In this document: positions 14,419-23,191 of the stretch, piece after piece | Layout: the number at the start of each line of letters is the position of its first letter | How positions within the stretch are numbered: the first letter of the stretch is position 1 | Assembly (NCBI RefSeq): GCF_000146505.1 | Contig: NC_017448.1 | Location: forward strand, 1,170,001-1,202,000 | DNA length: 32,000 nt | Reading direction: 5' to 3' | Source: Fibrobacter succinogenes subsp. succinogenes S85 | GTDB taxonomy: Bacteria; Fibrobacterota; Fibrobacteria; Fibrobacterales; Fibrobacteraceae | Notes under the pieces: model-generated | Database searches by the model: none | The model's input: the letters and a program-made list of their open reading frames with translations, nothing else | Told to the model about the DNA's origin: nothing | Program-made: the position numbers and the translations under genes

Positions 14419-16095
14419 TTATTTGATAACTAGGCCCTTTTTCCCAGAGACGAACGGGTCTTCGCCCGTCGAACAGAAATTCGTTTTTTCGGAGTACTTG
14501 CCAAGCCCTCTTATATTAATTCGGCTCTTAGCATTCGCTTCACCTTGGACTGCAAAGAGAATCGATGTCATAAATGTCGTACTGACTTCACTAAACACCG
14601 TCATAAAATTATCCCAATCGGCACATACCGTCTTTAGCTTAATGGACTTGGGCAATGTCATCTTAGGCATTCTAGAAAGATTTCCAAATCCACCTTCTTG
14701 AGTATAAGCCAAAACAACTTCCAAGTCAGAGTCCGAAGCATACGTTACGCACAAGCCTCCCCAACTTGAGATATTAGCCTTAGCAGCCGGTAAATCACCA
14801 TCAAGCGGATCAACAACACCAGCGACATGGAAACCTATACCCAAATAACCTTCTTTTGCAAATTGCAATTCACCACAAGCGCCCATACAGTAATCATAAA
14901 TTTCATCGCCCGTCGGATATTCAATCCCAAGCGGTTGCGGTAATTTTACAGAACCAACACCGGACATATCGTCGCCAAAGCTGAACCAATATCCTGAAGT
15001 TTCGGATCCGTTGTCTAGCCCGGTCTCAACATGATAATCATTATTATTGACAGCCTTCGGACCATACCACATTTCGCTAACGGACTCAGGCGAGACACAA
15101 TCGTGAGAAGGAGTAAAAGACGAACTGCTCCCGTTCACGCCAGAGCTGCTTGAGCTACGCAATATAATCGTTCCGACCTCAGCTCCTCCATTGAATTTAG
15201 AAACAACCTCCGCGAAACCGTCTACTTCGCACGCTCCCATCGCATCAAATTTACCGATTGCAGCGATATTGAAATGTCCTTTCGTTTCCTCGGAACTTTT
15301 CATTACGACTCTAATGGAATGGGCATGCTTAGCCGCCTCAGCAGCCGTCGATGTTGCTTTTGCTGTTGCACCGACAAATTCACTCCAAGGAACGCACTTT
15401 TCAACAAATTCAAGAGATTTGTCCAGTTTGACTTCATAGAAAGTAACTGAATCTGCGCCAAGCCACAAGAACATATCCCTGTCGGCAGCATACGTCACAC
15501 AAACACCGCCCCAGTCACTGATATCGCCATACCGCTGGATATGTTTCGTATAATATTCTTCAGGATTTTCAACCCCGGCGACATTAAATCCGACACCCGC
15601 AAAAGCTTCATTTAAGATGCCTTTTTGCAAGACAATCGCTCCACTATATCCCCCATAATATTCAAGCAAGTTTTCCATGCATTCATACTCAGGAGTTTCA
15701 AACGCGCAGACATCGGGAAAAACAACACTTGACGTTCCGCCATCAGGATCATCGCCAAAATTATACCAAAGTCCGGCATAATTATCAAGATCCTCATTAA
15801 CAAAACCCGTATTCACGTATGTCTTTTTATCAAAGCCCCGCCACAAGCAGGCAGCTGTATTCTTCGGTGTTTTGGCACTACTTGAGGAATTTACAATCAC
15901 GCTACTTGATGACTCGCCCCCAACGACGCTCGATGACATTCCAACACCATCACTGCTACCAGGAACGGTTTCAACAGATGAACTGCTATTGCCGTAAGCC
16001 GGGACATCAAAACTACCCGACGGGTTATCGTCAGAGCAAGCAACAAAGCCAAACAGCAAGGCACTCGCCGCAATATCTAAAATTCTCCTAAACAC
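14419..16095 (-). CDS. Two-module Cys-containing lipoprotein, lineage-specific paralog 3 of 3
   Basis: 558-aa ORF with a GTG start 6 nt after AAGGAG. The signal peptide and lipobox read MFRRIL...FVACSDDNPS and are followed by a Ser-rich linker. Two ~190-aa modules carry WGG(V/L)CVTY, AG(V/I)GF, KC/VCxxW and FNI/INIxG.GK motifs. Confidence 0.8.
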   Translation of the reverse strand: MFRRILDIAASALLFGFVACSDDNPSGSFDVPAYGNSSSSVETVPGSSDGVGMSSSVVGGESSSSVIVNSSSSAKTPKNTAACLWRGFDKKTYVNTGFVNEDLDNYAGLWYNFGDDPDGGTSSVVFPDVCAFETPEYECMENLLEYYGGYSGAIVLQKGILNEAFAGVGFNVAGVENPEEYYTKHIQRYGDISDWGGVCVTYAADRDMFLWLGADSVTFYEVKLDKSLEFVEKCVPWSEFVGATAKATSTAAEAAKHAHSIRVVMKSSEETKGHFNIAAIGKFDAMGACEVDGFAEVVSKFNGGAEVGTIILRSSSSSGVNGSSSSFTPSHDCVSPESVSEMWYGPKAVNNNDYHVETGLDNGSETSGYWFSFGDDMSGVGSVKLPQPLGIEYPTGDEIYDYCMGACGELQFAKEGYLGIGFHVAGVVDPLDGDLPAAKANISSWGGLCVTYASDSDLEVVLAYTQEGGFGNLSRMPKMTLPKSIKLKTVCADWDNFMTVFSEVSTTFMTSILFAVQGEANAKSRINIRGLGKYSEKTNFCSTGEDPFVSGKKGLVIK

Positions 16096-16126
16096 AACGC
16101 ACTCCTTTATTACTTAATTATAAATT

Positions 16127-17662
16127 CTATTTTTCAAAAAAGGCTGGTGTTTCAAAAGAGCACGCGCCATTAACGGAATATTTCCCTATACCCGCCAAAT
16201 TAAATCTACATTGTTCATGATCCTCAGTACCCTTTATAGCAAACTGGATAGCACCAACAGCTCGCCCCATATCAGGGTCATTTGGCGCAATTTCATTCCA
16301 AGTAAAGCACTTTTCGACAAGCCCACTGGACTTTGGCAAAGCGACCTTAGGAGAGTTCTCGTAAGGAACATCTTTTACAACAAAGTTCAAGTAAGCATCC
16401 TTTTCGGAATAGTAAGTGACGCAAACACCGCCCCAGTCTTGAATATCTTCGAAAACGTAATCGCCATCATTAAAGCCCGCAATATTAAACGAGACCCCGC
16501 CAACAGCGTATTCAGCCCCTTCCAGAGTAAAATCCATCGTCCCACAAAAACCGAGACAATCCTCAATAAGGCCACCATACACTTCATATCCAAACTCCCC
16601 TGACAGCTCCACCGGGAATTCAATATGAGCATAAGCGTCACCAGGAGACGCCTCAAAATGTTCCAACCAGCCCGCGTACCTGTCACGGTCATTATAGCCT
16701 GTTTTCACATGGGTTCCGTCAACCCCTTTCCACAGACAAGTCAAGGAATCATCATCAGGAAAATTTACATTGACCCCATCATTAGGAAATTCCCAATCAA
16801 ACGAAAATTCGTCCGGTTTATAAGTACTGATTCCCCTAATATTGAAAGTTTTCTTATCGTCATCACCTTGGCTTTTAACCTCAAACATGATAGACAGGAT
16901 TTCCTTTGCGGCCTCTTCTCCCGTATAAACCTGGCGATTGATTGAATATTCGGAATATTTCCATTTAGTTATATCAAAACGGCTCCATTCTGCACATACA
17001 GTTTTAGGCTCGTCAATCCAATACAAATTACGAAGTGTGGGTTCAGAACCACCATGCGTCGTTCTTTCTAGAAAGCCCTCAGGATATGCCATGAACGGCC
17101 ATATTTCACTATTGGAATCAATTCCATCAACATTAACTTTCAAATGGACATACATCCAATAATCAGATTCATACGTGATACAGATACCACCCCAAGACGA
17201 AACATCCGCCGTAGCGCCGTCCCTGGCTAGTTGGATTTCAAAACCAGCCCAAGGTCTATACACTGAAGTATCGGGTTCAAGCGATCCGCATAAGCCATCA
17301 CAATGTTTAAAAACAGAGGCCAAAGGAGTCGATGATTTTTCGAGTTCGACAGGGAAAACAATCTTCGATTTACCCTGTTGACCAAACAAGGTATCGCCAA
17401 AGGTTCGCCAAAAGCCCGTGCTATCGTCACCCGTTTTGACCTTGTAATCTACGGCAGGGTCCCACAAGTTATAGCGGCGAGCCTTTACCGCACCACTCGA
17501 AGAAGACTCGACTACGACACCGTCACTCGAAAGAGCATCTACAGACGAGCTACTCCCTTCTGCGATAGGCTCAGCAATCGGAATCGAAGGATTGTCATCG
17601 GAACAGGCGACAATTCCAAGTAAAAAGGCTGAAATCGCGCCCCCAAGGATTCTCCTAAACAT
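16127..17662 (-). CDS. Two-module Cys-containing lipoprotein, lineage-specific paralog 2 of 3
   Basis: 511-aa ORF with an ATG 6 nt after AAGGAG. The signal peptide and lipobox read MFRRIL...IVACSDDNPS. Its modules contain SSWGGICITY / QDWGGVCVTY, HCDGLCG / DCLGFCG, and FNIRGISTY / FNLAGIGKY. Confidence 0.8.
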   Translation of the reverse strand: MFRRILGGAISAFLLGIVACSDDNPSIPIAEPIAEGSSSSVDALSSDGVVVESSSSGAVKARRYNLWDPAVDYKVKTGDDSTGFWRTFGDTLFGQQGKSKIVFPVELEKSSTPLASVFKHCDGLCGSLEPDTSVYRPWAGFEIQLARDGATADVSSWGGICITYESDYWMYVHLKVNVDGIDSNSEIWPFMAYPEGFLERTTHGGSEPTLRNLYWIDEPKTVCAEWSRFDITKWKYSEYSINRQVYTGEEAAKEILSIMFEVKSQGDDDKKTFNIRGISTYKPDEFSFDWEFPNDGVNVNFPDDDSLTCLWKGVDGTHVKTGYNDRDRYAGWLEHFEASPGDAYAHIEFPVELSGEFGYEVYGGLIEDCLGFCGTMDFTLEGAEYAVGGVSFNIAGFNDGDYVFEDIQDWGGVCVTYYSEKDAYLNFVVKDVPYENSPKVALPKSSGLVEKCFTWNEIAPNDPDMGRAVGAIQFAIKGTEDHEQCRFNLAGIGKYSVNGACSFETPAFFEK

Positions 17663-17737
17663 ACAACACTCCTTTCTTTTATCTATAAATTGTAATATAT
17701 ATTATTTCTTTTACTTAGTTACCAGTTATGAATACAA

Positions 17738-17761
17738 AGCCCGCCGCTAACGCGACGGGTT
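17738..17761 (-). terminator. Hairpin downstream of lipoprotein paralog 1
   Basis: The minus strand reads CCCGTCGC-GTTA-GCGGCGGG followed by CTTTG. The plus-strand version is followed by TTTTCTT. Confidence 0.45.
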
Positions 17762-17808
17762 TTCTTACATCAATTCTTTTTATTTAGAAGCTTCGCTCCC
17801 AATATATT

Positions 17809-19149
17809 TTATTCATTTACAGGGAACAAGGTAACCTTAGACACATCTATTTTGCAAGTTCCTGTGGGTGAATATTTTCCGACAGCGATGACGCTCAACC
17901 CTGCAGTCGTATCCACGAGACTTCTCAATTCAAATTCAATAAGGCTCGCATTTTTTGCCACTTCCTGAGCAGACATTTCTTCCCAAGTCAAGCATTTTTC
18001 AATAGGCGATGTCGACATCGGCAAGGTAGCGCTAGCTTCATGAGCGGAGTCAGCCACAAGCACAAGACGCGCATCCATCTCCGACATGTAAGTTACGCAG
18101 AGACCGCCCCAGGCGCTAACATCTCTAGGCTTGGGGTAGAAATCTTCGCTTTCTTCATCATAGCCAATAATCTGGAGACCGATGCCTGCAAAGGCTTCTT
18201 CATTATTGTTCTTTTGCAGGTTTACAGTCGCAGAAAGGCCTCCCTTCGACTTCACGACATCGGCTACCCAGACGGAAACACTCATGTACTTTGACGGCAA
18301 TACATCCCATTCAAGCGACGATAAGCCACCTTCTTCCTGGTCGTTAAATTCATACCAGGATCCGCCTTCCAGGCCGTCATAGCCCGTAATCAAAGAATCT
18401 CCATCATCCTTCGGTGCTGCATTCCAGAGGCAGGAATCCTGTTCCAAAGAATCAATCTTGACAATACCGTGCTTATAGGAGCTAACGCCTTTAATGTTGA
18501 AGAATCCCGATTCCTTCGACTTGCCCATGAACTTGAATATCAGCGAAGTCACCTTTTTAGCCACTTCAGCACTGGAACCATTCTGGAATTCAGCCCATTT
18601 CGCACAACGTGCTGCGACAGAACCCTTTGTCGTCTTTTCAAAATTGACAGACGGCATGTCTTCCGCTGAAGCTTCTGCATCGCCATCCTTATAGCCAAGC
18701 AGGCCCTTCATCGAGAGTTCCGATTCATAGGAAACGCACAAGCCGTCCCATCCGGAAACATCTATAGCAGTATCCTTTTCGACAAGTGCAATACCCACGC
18801 CTGCGCTAACGTCAGAACCTTCTCCAAGTTCAACAGTTCCGCAAACACCGCCGCAATAGGAGACCACGGATTCCATGGCATCCGGCGAATCGTCTTCTTC
18901 CACGGACACAGGGAACGTAATTGAGGACCGTCCAAGAACAGGAGAGCTTTCAACGTACCAGTAACCGGTAACGCCGTCGCCCATATTGACACGAGCACTA
19001 CCGTTCGCGCCATTCCACAGGTCGTACTTGTACTGTGTGTTGTCGGCAACCGGGTTGCCTTCTTCCGTAATCCCGGCAGTTTCTTTGGAACATGCGACCA
19101 TGCCCAGCAAAAAAGCACAGGCAGAGATGTTAATTAGGTTCCTTAGCAT
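17809..19149 (-). CDS. Two-module Cys-containing lipoprotein, lineage-specific paralog 1 of 3
   Basis: 446-aa ORF with lipobox LGMVACS. Its modules contain SGWDGLCVSY / SAWGGLCVTY, YCGGVCG, RCAKWAEF / KCLTWEEM, and FNIKGVSSY / VIAVGKYS. Confidence 0.8.
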   Translation of the reverse strand: MLRNLINISACAFLLGMVACSKETAGITEEGNPVADNTQYKYDLWNGANGSARVNMGDGVTGYWYVESSPVLGRSSITFPVSVEEDDSPDAMESVVSYCGGVCGTVELGEGSDVSAGVGIALVEKDTAIDVSGWDGLCVSYESELSMKGLLGYKDGDAEASAEDMPSVNFEKTTKGSVAARCAKWAEFQNGSSAEVAKKVTSLIFKFMGKSKESGFFNIKGVSSYKHGIVKIDSLEQDSCLWNAAPKDDGDSLITGYDGLEGGSWYEFNDQEEGGLSSLEWDVLPSKYMSVSVWVADVVKSKGGLSATVNLQKNNNEEAFAGIGLQIIGYDEESEDFYPKPRDVSAWGGLCVTYMSEMDARLVLVADSAHEASATLPMSTSPIEKCLTWEEMSAQEVAKNASLIEFELRSLVDTTAGLSVIAVGKYSPTGTCKIDVSKVTLFPVNE

Positions 19150-19969
19150 CGCACTTGTCCTTTCCCCATGTCAGAGGGAACAGCTGTAAATTCAATCGGT
19201 AAACGCGGTCAGTACCGCGACTATTCAACGCAATCTGGGCAATCCTCTTTCTGCAGGTATCAAGCTCCTGCAAAATTTGTTCATAATCCTCATCGGAAAT
19301 GCCCATCGTAAGACCCGTAAAATTACGTTCCTCCGGATCAAAACGGTCAATCGCTTCCCCAGCGAAAACGGCCATTTTGCGGTGCATATAGCGAAGCGCC
19401 ATGGACACCACAGAAGACGAACCCTTCAAATGCTTGTCCGCCTGCTCGTAGGTATCGCCGTTTTTCTTTAAGAGCCCCACGCGTACCATGAAATCAAGCG
19501 AATCGCGGATTTCACCAGCAGAGACGCATTGACAGCAACGCCTGGCAATATCGCCCGGAGTCGCCTTCGGCATAATCGGCGCAAGCTCTCTCACCACCGG
19601 ATGCACCCAGGATTCAAAATACTTGAACGCATCGCCATCGACAAGTTTTACCTTGTTATTGGCAGCAAGCTCCATCATGGATTCAAAGGCTATTTTGCGT
19701 TCCTGGTCCGTCTTGGCATGGCAATAAGTCACCATGGTCTTGAAATATTCAAGTTCAAAACCAGCAAGGCTCATGGCCATTCCGACCTTTTCTGCCCCTT
19801 GAGGAGAAAGGCGGGTCTTACCCTCACACACCAACTTCAAATAAGTTGGAGACGTAAAGCCCGAGGCTTTCGCATATTCACGCCACGAAAACGACGAAAC
19901 TCGCTTACGTTCGTCGTAATAATCTTGCATATAAACGCGATAGTCCTGATATTCCGTCACCGACTTCAT
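19130..19969 (-). CDS. TIGR02147/DUF4423-family protein (putative HTH regulator)
   Basis: The N-terminus MKSVTEYQDYRVYMQDYYDERKRVSSFSWREYAKASGFTSPTYLKLVCEGKTRLS matches my memory of the family signature. The track ORF extends 13 codons further, to 20008. The 3' end overlaps the next gene's start by 20 nt. Confidence 0.7.
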   Translation of the reverse strand: MKSVTEYQDYRVYMQDYYDERKRVSSFSWREYAKASGFTSPTYLKLVCEGKTRLSPQGAEKVGMAMSLAGFELEYFKTMVTYCHAKTDQERKIAFESMMELAANNKVKLVDGDAFKYFESWVHPVVRELAPIMPKATPGDIARRCCQCVSAGEIRDSLDFMVRVGLLKKNGDTYEQADKHLKGSSSVVSMALRYMHRKMAVFAGEAIDRFDPEERNFTGLTMGISDEDYEQILQELDTCRKRIAQIALNSRGTDRVYRLNLQLFPLTWGKDKCDAKEPN

Positions 19970-20096
19970 CGCAATAAATATATATAATTTTGTATTAAAC
20001 GGCAACATTTCATGATACCGTTTACACGTTTTTAGCTTAAATTTGCAAGAATTGCCGAAATTTAATCAAAATCGGCATTTTCTATGATACAGGAAA

Positions 20097-20711
20097 CTAG
20101 ATTTGCCAATCGCAGAAGTTCTTGAGCATGGCAAGGCCGACTTCGCCACTCTTTTCCTGATGGAACTGGCTTGCAATTAAGTTATCCTTACCCAAGAGTC
20201 CCGTAAAGGTCTGCGTGCCGTAGGTCGTCTCGGCAAAGGAATATTCCGCCGGGACCTGCGGATAGTAGGAGTGTACGTAGTAAAAATCGCAACCGCTGCG
20301 GATACCCTTCATGATCGGGTGTTCACGCGTGAAGTTCACCTGGTTCCAGCCCATGTGCGGGATCTTGAGGCCCGGTTCATCCTTGAAACGCACCGCACGC
20401 CCAGGAATGAGTCCAAGCGTCTTGACGCCACCGTCTTCTTCGCTTTCTTCGAGAATAATCTGGCAGCCAATGCAGATGCCAAGCACCGGGTTCCCCGCCT
20501 TGACCACAGCCTTGATGGCCTCGCCGATTCCGGTTTTAGTCAAGGTTTCCATGGCAGATGCAGCAGCACCCACGCCCGGAAAAATCAAGCGTGTCGCCTT
20601 TGCGATTTCATCGGGATCGCGGCTCACCTTGGCATCAGCGCCAATAAACTTGAGCGCATTCATCACCGATGTCAAGTTGCCTGCATTGTAATCCACAACA
20701 GTAATAGCCAT
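20097..20711 (-). CDS. hisH: Imidazole glycerol phosphate synthase, glutamine amidotransferase subunit
   Basis: 204-aa ORF with VVDYNAGNLTSV, PGVGAAASAM, the nucleophile motif GICIGCQ, and HSYY. Confidence 0.9.
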   Translation of the reverse strand: MAITVVDYNAGNLTSVMNALKFIGADAKVSRDPDEIAKATRLIFPGVGAAASAMETLTKTGIGEAIKAVVKAGNPVLGICIGCQIILEESEEDGGVKTLGLIPGRAVRFKDEPGLKIPHMGWNQVNFTREHPIMKGIRSGCDFYYVHSYYPQVPAEYSFAETTYGTQTFTGLLGKDNLIASQFHQEKSGEVGLAMLKNFCDWQI

Positions 20712-20744
20712 AGAAACCTCTTTAATTTTGCACGTACAAAGATA

Positions 20745-20769
20745 GAAAAAAGAACCGCCGAAGCGGTTC
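20745..20769 (-). terminator. Rho-independent terminator of the outer-membrane protein gene
   Basis: The minus strand reads GAACCGC-TTCG-GCGGTTC (a cUUCGg tetraloop) followed by TTTTTTC. Confidence 0.8.
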
Positions 20770-20797
20770 CCTTAAATAGTTTGGATTTGATTCTAAA

Positions 20798-21670
20798 TTA
20801 GAACCAGCGCCAGGTCACACCGACAAGAATCACGTTCTTGTGCTGAGAATCCTTGTCCAAGTCCTTGTCGTAAGCGATATCGTAGCTGACCTGGAATTCA
20901 AACAGCGGAGAAAGCGAAACAGCGAGGAGGTTTTCCCACTTGCCATCGATTTCGTCAACACCCTTGAAGTTCACGAAAGCCCACAAACGGCTCTTGAAGG
21001 TCACGATTTCGGAGAAGGAATACTTGAATTCGGTAATGCTTTCAAGACCCGGTTCGTCCTTGAACTTTTCGAGTTTCTTGGTATCAGGGTCGTCAGCATA
21101 GGCATAGTCCGAAGAGATGGTCATGCGGTTTGCAAAGGCAAGACGCGTAGAGAAGTTGTCGTTCGGGAAGTAGCCGATACCAGCCATCTGAGTCACGTAG
21201 CCCGGAGCCATGAAGTGGGAGACGGTCGTCTTGATTTCGTTGCCATCTTCATCTTCGCTATAGTCATAACCTCTAGTAAACTGGGATTCGAAGCGAGCAC
21301 CGATATACGGCTTAATCTTTTCAGAAGCATTAAAGTCAGCCATGGTTTCGTAGAAAATCTTATCGGAAGACTTGCGCTTACCGACACCGTCAATCCAGGT
21401 GTAACCAAGAGCAAGGTTCAGCTTGTTGCGCCAATCCACAACGCTCCAGTGATTCTTGAGGTCAGCATCATAGCTGAAGAGCCATGTGTAGGAAGACGTA
21501 CCGTCTTCGAACTTCCAGTTGCTGAACTGCATACGGGTGAACTTAACGGCAGCGACCACATCAGCAGTCATGTTTTCAGGAAGCCAAGCTTCGAACATGC
21601 CCCCATCGGCAAATGCCGTCGATGCAGAAATAAGTGTGGCGCAAGCGATTGCGAATAATGACTTTTTCAT
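20798..21670 (-). CDS. Outer-membrane beta-barrel protein (DUF3078-like)
   Basis: The start was trimmed to MKKSLFAIACATLISASTAFA (AAGGAA upstream); the track ORF runs to 21733. The sequence shows an alternating beta-strand pattern and a C-terminal aromatic signal, VTWRWF. Confidence 0.6.
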   Translation of the reverse strand: MKKSLFAIACATLISASTAFADGGMFEAWLPENMTADVVAAVKFTRMQFSNWKFEDGTSSYTWLFSYDADLKNHWSVVDWRNKLNLALGYTWIDGVGKRKSSDKIFYETMADFNASEKIKPYIGARFESQFTRGYDYSEDEDGNEIKTTVSHFMAPGYVTQMAGIGYFPNDNFSTRLAFANRMTISSDYAYADDPDTKKLEKFKDEPGLESITEFKYSFSEIVTFKSRLWAFVNFKGVDEIDGKWENLLAVSLSPLFEFQVSYDIAYDKDLDKDSQHKNVILVGVTWRWF

Positions 21671-21787
21671 ATTACTTCCTTGTTTATGGTCCTTCTTTCC
21701 CATAGACCTTTTTGTTTGGCTTAAAGATAACATTTTTTTAAGCGAAAAACGGAACAGCCCCGATTTTCGATTACTATTATTACAAAC

Positions 21788-22306
21788 ATGTTACTTAAGC
21801 GCCTCGTCACAATATTTTTCTTGATTTTTTGCACCGGGAACGTACTAGCCAAGGATTCTCCCGAGAAATCGCCATGGACGTTTGAGGCGGGTATTTCGGC
21901 TGGGCGCCCTACCCCGATCATGCTGAATGCGGGGGTCGGCTACAAGAACATCTTTTTCAGAGCGATGGGTGGCGGCATGTACTTTGGCACCGACGATTTC
22001 TGGGTCGGGTTCCGTGGCGGTTTTGCCTGGGAATTTTTCCGCGAACTGCCGTTTACGCTAGACCTTGGAATTGGGAGCGGATACGCGTTTGCCAAGGCGC
22101 CCAACGGATATCTCAAGGCATTGAACAGGGCTAACGGAGAGCGCATGGTGCGCTCGTACAACTATAAGGAAGCGCTTGACATTTCTCCCGAAATACGAGC
22201 AAGCATCTACGGGATATTTACCTACATCGCAATTCCGGTACACTGCTTTATGAAACACGATGAACCGACAGTTCTCTGGCAAGTCGGGTATGCATATAGG
22301 TTCTGA
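21788..22306 (+). CDS. Small secreted/outer-membrane protein, function unknown
   Basis: 172-aa ORF with a signal peptide (...GNVLA/KD), a Gly/aromatic-rich sequence, and a C-terminal YAYRF beta-signal-like end. Confidence 0.5.
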   Translation: MLLKRLVTIFFLIFCTGNVLAKDSPEKSPWTFEAGISAGRPTPIMLNAGVGYKNIFFRAMGGGMYFGTDDFWVGFRGGFAWEFFRELPFTLDLGIGSGYAFAKAPNGYLKALNRANGERMVRSYNYKEALDISPEIRASIYGIFTYIAIPVHCFMKHDEPTVLWQVGYAYRF

Positions 22307-22379
22307 TTAGACGAGAGAATTCTGAGATGTCCGAAATGTCTCTACATTAATTTATCACAAGCAATTATTTATCAATCGT

Positions 22380-23084
22380 TTAGTCTTTGACGCAACGAAC
22401 TGAAAAAGCCATGAACTTGGGACGATAGTCCACATCCGCATTGTCATTCCTATAGATCAAGCGCATGGCATACGCATACTCGTCACTCTTCTCTGTAGAG
22501 ATCCAAAAAGTTGCTTCGTTGCCCACATAGGTATAATCACCCCCACCATCCCTGTAGCCGACAGGCAAAGCCGAGAACGCGTAATCATCCGAGCCGTTGC
22601 CGCTAGCTTTGGCAAAGTTCCAGCCACTTGTTGATTTAAGCATCTTGCCCGCAACAGAGTCGCCGCCAACAGCAGAGAACAATGTTTCAAACTCCGCTTT
22701 TGTCGGCAAGTGCCAGCCATTCGGACAAACACCACGCACCGGGGACATCGCCGAACATTCCGATTTATAGCCGCACCCCTTGCCGTTCGAACTCCACTCG
22801 CCTGCGCTGTCCATCGCCGCAGCCCATGTGTACAGGCGACCGTACTTGGTGCAGTTGGAGGAATCGTCATTGAAACAGAATGATTTTTCCGTTTCAATGT
22901 TCAAGTTCTGAGCCATCCACGTCTGTTTTCCGATAACGACAGTCTTATAGGTTTGACCGTCGCGGGAGTCCGTCAAAGTCGATAAAGACTCCTTCCCCGA
23001 AGGGCTGGTTACAGAACTATCATCGCCGCAGGCGGCAAGGAAAAGTCCAATCCAAAGAGAAGCACAAAGAACAAATTTTTTCAT
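22380..23084 (-). CDS. FISUMP (TIGR02145, Fibrobacter succinogenes major paralogous domain) lipoprotein
   Basis: The start was trimmed to MKKFVLCASLWIGLFLAACGDD (lipobox). The domain signature is DSRDGQTYKTVVIGKQTWMAQNL ... YGRLYTW ... CPNGWHLPTKAEFETL ... FSALPVGYR ... FSVRCVKD. Confidence 0.85.
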   Translation of the reverse strand: MKKFVLCASLWIGLFLAACGDDSSVTSPSGKESLSTLTDSRDGQTYKTVVIGKQTWMAQNLNIETEKSFCFNDDSSNCTKYGRLYTWAAAMDSAGEWSSNGKGCGYKSECSAMSPVRGVCPNGWHLPTKAEFETLFSAVGGDSVAGKMLKSTSGWNFAKASGNGSDDYAFSALPVGYRDGGGDYTYVGNEATFWISTEKSDEYAYAMRLIYRNDNADVDYRPKFMAFSVRCVKD

Positions 23085-23095
23085 ACAACAGAATA

Positions 23096-23125
23096 TATAA
23101 AAAATCCCGGCTCGGATGAGTCGGG
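23096..23125 (-). terminator. Rho-independent terminator of argG
   Basis: The minus strand reads CCCGACTC-ATCC-GAGCCGGG (7 of 8 paired) followed by ATTTTTT. An 8-bp long-range stem (ACCCCGGC...GCCGGGGT, roughly 23136-23173) precedes it. Confidence 0.7.
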
Positions 23126-23191
23126 AAAAAGGCGACCCCGGCGCTTCGGCACGCTCAGCGACCTTAAGCCGGGGTGACATTGTCAAGAAAA

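Noticed and set aside
14321-14701. 126-aa + strand ORF
   Set aside because: It starts inside the hairpin-rich convergent spacer and continues antisense to lipoprotein paralog 3.
20271-21658. + strand ORFs 20271-20801, 20311-20691 and 20840-21658
   Set aside because: They are shadow frames opposite hisH and the outer-membrane protein gene.
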